A stretch of DNA of 64,000 bases from an uncultured Gammaproteobacteria bacterium (GTDB taxonomy: Bacteria; Pseudomonadota; Gammaproteobacteria; UBA9214). The notes below the pieces were generated by a model. The model was not told where the DNA came from. It saw nothing but the letters and a program-made list of their open reading frames with translations, and searched no databases. This document shows positions 59,050 through 64,000 of this stretch, in pieces. The number at the start of each line of letters is the position of its first letter. Positions within the stretch are counted from its first letter, which is position 1. The stretch covers positions 1,770-65,769 of the forward strand of contig CAVOZZ010000009.1 of NCBI GenBank assembly GCA_963701505.1. The letters run 5' to 3'. A program made the position numbers and the translations under genes.

Positions 59050-61008
59050 CTAGAAAATAAGGTTCATCATGAGCATCATGACCACCAGGAACAGGATCGT
59101 CATAATGCCGCCGGCACGCATGAAATCCGGAACGCGGTAGCCACCAGGCCCCATCAGCAGGGCATTGACCTGGTGGGTCGGGATCATAAAGGAGTTGGAG
59201 GTGGCGATGGCCACGGTCAGGGCGAACACTGCCGGGTTGGCGCCGGTTGCAATCGCGAGATTAACCGCCAGCGGCACCAGCAGCACCGTGGCCCCGACAT
59301 TCGACATCACCAGGGTAAAGAAGGTCGCCAGCACAGCCAGTGCACCCTGCAAAACCCAGGTGGGTACATCACCCAGCAGGGTGAGTGTCTGTTGTGCAAT
59401 CCATGCGGCCGTCCCTGTGTTTTCGACCGCCATGCCCAGTGGTATCAGGCTGGCGAGCAGGAACACGGTCTTCCAGCTCACCGCCTTGTAGGCTTCCTCT
59501 ATGCTCAGGACACCGGAGAGCACCATACCCAGCGCCCCGGTCAGCAGGGATATCGACAGACGCATGTCCGAAAACAACACCAGGCTGAGCGCGACAAGAA
59601 AAAAGAACAGCGCATGGCCAACCTTTTGCGGTCGCATTTCCTCACGCGGGTATTCGGTGGTGACCACGACAAAGTCACGGTTTGATTCCAGGCGCGCGAG
59701 TGCATCCCAGGTGGTGTGCACCACCAGCGTATCACCGGCCGTCAGCGGCATGTTGCGGATGTCATCGCCCTCACGCAGGGTTTTACCCCCGCGATGCAGG
59801 CCGACCATGGCAAGTCCATAGGTCTTGCGCATCCACACATCACGCGCGCTCTTGCCGATCAACTGTGAACCGGGCGGGATTACCACCTCGGCCACGCCGG
59901 AACGGGTCGATGCCAGCACTTCACCAAAGTTCTCCAGGTCGGCGTGTTTCTTCAGACCGTATTTTGCAACAAACAGGTCAACGTCGTGGGGTGCCGCGAG
60001 GATTGCCATCACCATGCCGGCCTCTATACCGAGGTCGCGCGCCAGCGCCCCCGGTCCTACACGCAGGTCCTGGTCCTTGCGCTGGGTCGCAATGACCCGA
60101 ATATGCGAGTCACCCTCAACGTCGTCCAGCATCAACCCCACCAGCGGGCTGTCAGTTGGCACATCCACCTCGAACAGGGCATAGTCGATACCATAGATAT
60201 CCTGGAAATAGCTCATGGTATTGGAGCCGACGGTACTGCTCTGGGACTTGGTGACCGGCAGCACGTACTTGCCGAACACCACAAAATACAGGATGCCGGT
60301 CACCAGCAGGGCAGCGCCGACCGGCGTGACATCAAACAGGTTGAAGGTGCTCATCTTCTGCGCCGGTGGCAATGCCTGGTTAGAGGTCAGGATCAGGTCG
60401 TTGAGCAGGATCAGGGGGCTGGAACCGACCATGGTGATCGTGCCCCCCAGGATGGCGCAGAAACCCATCGGCATCAGCAGACGCGACAGCGGCAGGCCGC
60501 TGCGCGCCGAGATGCGGCTGACCACCGGCAGGAACAGTGCTGCGGCACCAACGTTTTGCATAAAACTCGAGATGACGCCGACGGTCCCCGAGATCAGCGG
60601 AATCACACGCTTCTCGGTTCGGCCGCCGTACTTGAGGATGACACCGGCCACCCGGCCCATGACGCCGGTGCTGTCCAGTCCCTTGCCGATGATCATCACT
60701 GCGATAATCGACATGACCGCGTTACTGGAAAAGCCGTCAAACAGGTGTTGTGACGATACAAAGGGCTGTTCGATACCAAACAGCGGGCCGATCAGGGACA
60801 TCAGTCCAAGTAACACCATGATACAGATCGCGGCAACATCGACTTCAAGGATCTCGAATACAAACAGGTAAATCGTCAGCAACAGGATCGCTGAAACCCA
60901 GGCAATCTCGATGCTGGGGACAATGCCGGTCAGTTCAACGCCGATGCTGACAAAGAAAAGGGCGCCGATCAGTCGCTTGATCAGTGTGCTTCTTGACTGT
61001 TTACTCAC
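59050..61008 (-). CDS. SLC13/DASS-type anion permease with central TrkA-C (RCK_C) domains
   Basis: 652 aa with a GTG start. Polytopic ends flank a soluble middle with two repeats (..LVGLMLDDVEGDSHIRVIATQR.., ..LIGKSARDVWMRKTYGLAMVGLHR..). Confidence 0.7.
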   Translation of the reverse strand: MSKQSRSTLIKRLIGALFFVSIGVELTGIVPSIEIAWVSAILLLTIYLFVFEILEVDVAAICIMVLLGLMSLIGPLFGIEQPFVSSQHLFDGFSSNAVMSIIAVMIIGKGLDSTGVMGRVAGVILKYGGRTEKRVIPLISGTVGVISSFMQNVGAAALFLPVVSRISARSGLPLSRLLMPMGFCAILGGTITMVGSSPLILLNDLILTSNQALPPAQKMSTFNLFDVTPVGAALLVTGILYFVVFGKYVLPVTKSQSSTVGSNTMSYFQDIYGIDYALFEVDVPTDSPLVGLMLDDVEGDSHIRVIATQRKDQDLRVGPGALARDLGIEAGMVMAILAAPHDVDLFVAKYGLKKHADLENFGEVLASTRSGVAEVVIPPGSQLIGKSARDVWMRKTYGLAMVGLHRGGKTLREGDDIRNMPLTAGDTLVVHTTWDALARLESNRDFVVVTTEYPREEMRPQKVGHALFFFLVALSLVLFSDMRLSISLLTGALGMVLSGVLSIEEAYKAVSWKTVFLLASLIPLGMAVENTGTAAWIAQQTLTLLGDVPTWVLQGALAVLATFFTLVMSNVGATVLLVPLAVNLAIATGANPAVFALTVAIATSNSFMIPTHQVNALLMGPGGYRVPDFMRAGGIMTILFLVVMMLMMNLIF

Positions 61009-61280
61009 GTGTTACTCCATGAAAATATTTTTTAACGGCAATACAGCAATCGAACCATGAGCTGCACAAGCCGCAGGTTGCACGGTTCTTTGAGTAGCTA
61101 CTTGCATTGAATCAGGAGAATGGTTGTTGTTATAAAGGGTTCATAATTAAGGAAAATTTAATTTTAGAATATAACGAATTAGTAAATCCTTGTCAAAATT
61201 AGCCGCAATGCCAGGCACTGCAAAACGGCCACATTGGCATTACTCGCTGCGGCTTGGCCGAACCCGCGCCATGCAAAAAG

Positions 61281-62243
61281 CTAGCGGTCTTTCGGTATAA
61301 ACAACAAACGGTTAACGTCGCCATCCTGCTGCCAGGTCAATGCCAGCTTGCCATTCAGAAAACTGAACCCGGTCACGCTCCGCAGCGCCTGCAGGTAACG
61401 GTCCTCCAGTTCCATCGCCGCTGGCGGGCACGCCATCCGGGTACTGCCGAGTTGCGACAGCGTAATGTCTGCGGGGCCGCCAGCTGCCGTGACCGAGCCA
61501 AAATAGCGGTTACAGGCACCGTGACCAGCGACGCGGCCATTGCTGAAAACCAGGGTGACCTTCAGCCCGTCGGGCAGCGGTTCGTCGCGACTCATACCCT
61601 CGAGTAGCCATTCCTGCCCTGCAATGTCCGTCAATGACAACCTGCCCGAGCCCTGTTCAGCACCTTCATGCAGTCCATCCGGCCCCATCTCCCAGACCCG
61701 GGTGACGGTCTCCGCAGGACAGCAGGCGGCATCAGTGGGTCCCTGCTGGACCAGATCCAGTTCAATGCGCCCATCCTTGAGCCGGCCTGCGCGCAGTTGC
61801 ACGCGGTCACCGATCAGGGCAGTGCCAATGTTGACTGGATTGCCATCACGCCGGTCCACGACGGCCAAATAACTGTTGCTGCCGGTGCCACCACTCGTTT
61901 CCCAGAGGATGACAACCGCCTCATTGGTACCATCGCCATTGAGGTCACCATGCAGATAAAAGTCTTTTACCAGCCCAACGACCGGTCGGGATGCCGCACC
62001 CTCCATGTAGGGTTCGCCCTCCCAGCGGCCATCCGTGAGCGTGATGCTATCTTCATAGATACCCGAATAGGCGAGACGGGCCAGTTCGTCCAGGACAGGC
62101 GCACCGACACGCGGCATACCCGGCGACTGCGTTCCATCCACTGCAGCCTCATGACCACTTTGCGGGGAACACGCCAGCAACAAAGGAACCGCAAGTACAC
62201 TGCTTATCAACAGCCGGCTCAGATGTCTTGCCACGTGTTTCAT
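61281..62243 (-). CDS. META (HslJ-like) domain lipoprotein
   Basis: ATG 62243 with a GGGAG SD. Lipobox LLLAC. C-terminal META-like GHGACNRYFGSV..STRMACP..LEDRYLQAL. Confidence 0.7.
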   Translation of the reverse strand: MKHVARHLSRLLISSVLAVPLLLACSPQSGHEAAVDGTQSPGMPRVGAPVLDELARLAYSGIYEDSITLTDGRWEGEPYMEGAASRPVVGLVKDFYLHGDLNGDGTNEAVVILWETSGGTGSNSYLAVVDRRDGNPVNIGTALIGDRVQLRAGRLKDGRIELDLVQQGPTDAACCPAETVTRVWEMGPDGLHEGAEQGSGRLSLTDIAGQEWLLEGMSRDEPLPDGLKVTLVFSNGRVAGHGACNRYFGSVTAAGGPADITLSQLGSTRMACPPAAMELEDRYLQALRSVTGFSFLNGKLALTWQQDGDVNRLLFIPKDR

Positions 62244-62399
62244 CTCGTTCACTCCCGGGCAAACCTCTAATTGTATCCCATGAGAGAATTACTTGCGACG
62301 GCGACGAGGCTGTATGTGCACTGAATGTGGCCTTTAAAATCGGGTAACATGGGCACAGCGGTTCTGATTCCAGTCCCGCTTTTGCGGGAGATGGAACAC

Positions 62400-63832
62400 A
62401 TGGATACCGGCCGTCATGAAAGCATGTCATTCCGTGAAGGTATCGACCGCATGGTCGACCGCGCGGCACTGGCCATCGGTCTCAACCCCGAAACGGCCAA
62501 GGTCATCCAGGCCTGTAACGCCGTCATCCAGCTCAAGTTCCCGGTCTGCATTGACAGCAAGGTAGAGGTGTTCACCGGCTGGTGGGCCATACACAGTGCG
62601 CACCGCCTGCCTGCCAAGGGTGGACTGCGCTTCGCGCCGATGGTAAATCAGGATGAGACCGAGGGTCTGGCCGCCCTGATGAGCTACAAGTGCGCCATCG
62701 CCGACATTCCCTTTGGCGGGGCGAAAGGCGGCCTGCTGATCAACCCCGGCAACTACACGGAAGACCAGCTGCGCGAGATCGTGCGCCAGTTCACCGTGGA
62801 ACTCGCTCGCCGGGACTTCATCAACCCCGCCACCAATGTCCCCGCCCCCGACCTCGGTACCTCCGCACGCGAAATGGCATGGATAGCCGACACCTACAAG
62901 ACGCTCTACCCGGATGACCTCAACCGCGATGCCTGCGTGACCGGCAAGCCGCTAGAACGAGGTGGCGTGCCGGGCCGCACCGAGGCCACGGGCAAGGGGG
63001 TGCAGTATGCACTGCAGGAGTTCTTTCGCCACACCGAACTGGTTGCGGACGCCGGTCTCAGTGACGGACTGGCATCCCAGCGCATCGTAATCCAGGGGCT
63101 CGGCAACGTCGGCTACCACACCGCCAAGTACCTTGCGGAGGAGGACGGCAGCCGCATCATCGCCATCATCGAGCACGACGGTGTCGTGGTCGATGACAGA
63201 CGGCCTCAACGTGCACGACGTCAGGCAATACCTGGCGGAAACCGGTGGTCTGAAGGGCTTTCCTGGTGGCAGCTACAGCACCGCATGGAGAACAGGCCCT
63301 GGAGATGGAGTGCGATATCCTGATCCCCGCCGCGCTTGAATCCCGGATACATGCGGGTAACGCCATGCGCATCCAGGCAAAGCTGATCGTCGAGGCCGCC
63401 AACGGACCGGTCACCTACCAGGCCGATGAAATCCTGCGGGAACGCGGCATCGCCATCCTTCCCGACATCTACGTCAATGCCGGCGGTGTAACCGTTTCCT
63501 ATTTTGAATGGACGCGCAACCTCTCCCACATGCGATTCGGGCGCCTGCAGCGCCGTCTTGATGAACTGCGCGGGTCCAATTACCTGGCCGCACTGGAGGC
63601 GCTTACCGAGAAAGAGGTCCCGGAAAGGCTGCGCCGGGAAATCATGCGGGGCGCCAATGAACTCGACCTGATCCGCTCCGGCCTGGACGACACCATGCGC
63701 ATGGCATTTCGCGACATCCTCGAGATGCTGCGGAAAAATCCGCACATTAACGACTATCGCACCGCTGCCTACGCCATTGCCATCAACAAGCTGGCGCAGT
63801 CCTACTATGAACTGGGGCTGGCAACCCGGTAA
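62400..63832 (+). pseudogene. Glu/Leu/Phe/Val-family (glutamate) dehydrogenase; 2 frame switches near 63190-63300 as assembled
   Basis: KCAIADIPFGGAKGG, GLGNVGYH. Continues through ORF 63133.. into ORF 63266..63832 (..[29 protein letters not shown]..). Confidence 0.85.
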
Positions 63833-63837
63833 GACAC

Positions 63838-64000
63838 CTAGTCATTGATGAACTCAACGGAACGGTCCACCAGGTCTTCCGCATAAAGGTCGCGAAAGAA
63901 GTGATCGGCACCGTCCAGCACCTCCAGTTCGATGGCACCGCTCTCTGCCAGCGGTGCCAGCGTCTCGCCGAGCCCCCTGACGTTCTGGTCTTCACTCCCC
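63838..64000 (-). CDS. alpha/beta hydrolase-like protein, C-terminal fragment (gene enters from the right edge)
   Basis: My own minus-strand translation: ..GSEDQNVRGLGETLAPLAESGAIELEVLDGADHFFRDLYAEDLVDRSVEFIND, stop at 63838-63840. GADHFF resembles the catalytic-His region. A different frame from track ORF 63783..63995. Confidence 0.5.
   Translation of the reverse strand, partial: GSEDQNVRGLGETLAPLAESGAIELEVLDGADHFFRDLYAEDLVDRSVEFIND

Noticed and set aside
1-64000. CRISPR arrays, rRNA/tRNA genes, IS elements, integrases, toxin-antitoxin or known defence modules
   Set aside because: I looked for regularly spaced direct repeats, tRNA T-arm/acceptor patterns and transposase- or integrase-like translations, and found none. 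This is limited to what can be seen by eye without search tools.

Overview
High-GC bacterial chromosome segment. Single 60-nt lines counted by hand give 67-75% G+C in the hyp and dxs genes, 42-47% in one insert, and 17% in one intergenic block. The gene content looks like a gammaproteobacterial hydrogen/sulfur-oxidising chemolithotroph; this is an inference from gene families, since no database search was possible. Contents from left to right: (1) A low-oxygen/NO-response neighbourhood: a B-family-like heme-copper oxidase operon, DUF2249, a Dnr-like Crp/Fnr regulator, a hemerythrin-like ORF and NnrS. (2) A 540-bp intergenic gap with a DnaA-box array and an AT-rich repeat block, a candidate oriC. 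(3) A long minus-strand Isp-type (group 1e-like) [NiFe] hydrogenase operon, hynS-isp1-isp2-orf150-hynL, with protease, HupH-like, Usp, HupE and cNMP-binding genes. (4) The divergent hypCABDF-HMA-hypE maturation operon, followed by a CPA2 antiporter. (5) An Mrp-type cation/proton antiporter cluster in the order E-F-G-B-C-D-D-x-D. (6) hemN, fnr, gshA, purC, purE and purK. (7) A low-GC insert next to a truncated EamA gene. (8) A CbbR-like LysR regulator, HPP, nhaA, dxs, MFS, PiT/DUF47, ApbE, two anion/cation permeases, a META lipoprotein and a glutamate dehydrogenase. I saw no rRNA, tRNA, CRISPR array, transposase or integrase. Cross-cutting observations: four perfect and one 9/10 FNR palindromes sit at class-II promoter distance. 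A palindromic CACGGAA-repeat element occurs in at least two intergenic gaps. Reading frames are broken many times in clustered blocks, often at homopolymer runs, so I label those genes pseudogene as assembled but suspect indel errors. All family names come from motif recognition and memory, not from searches.
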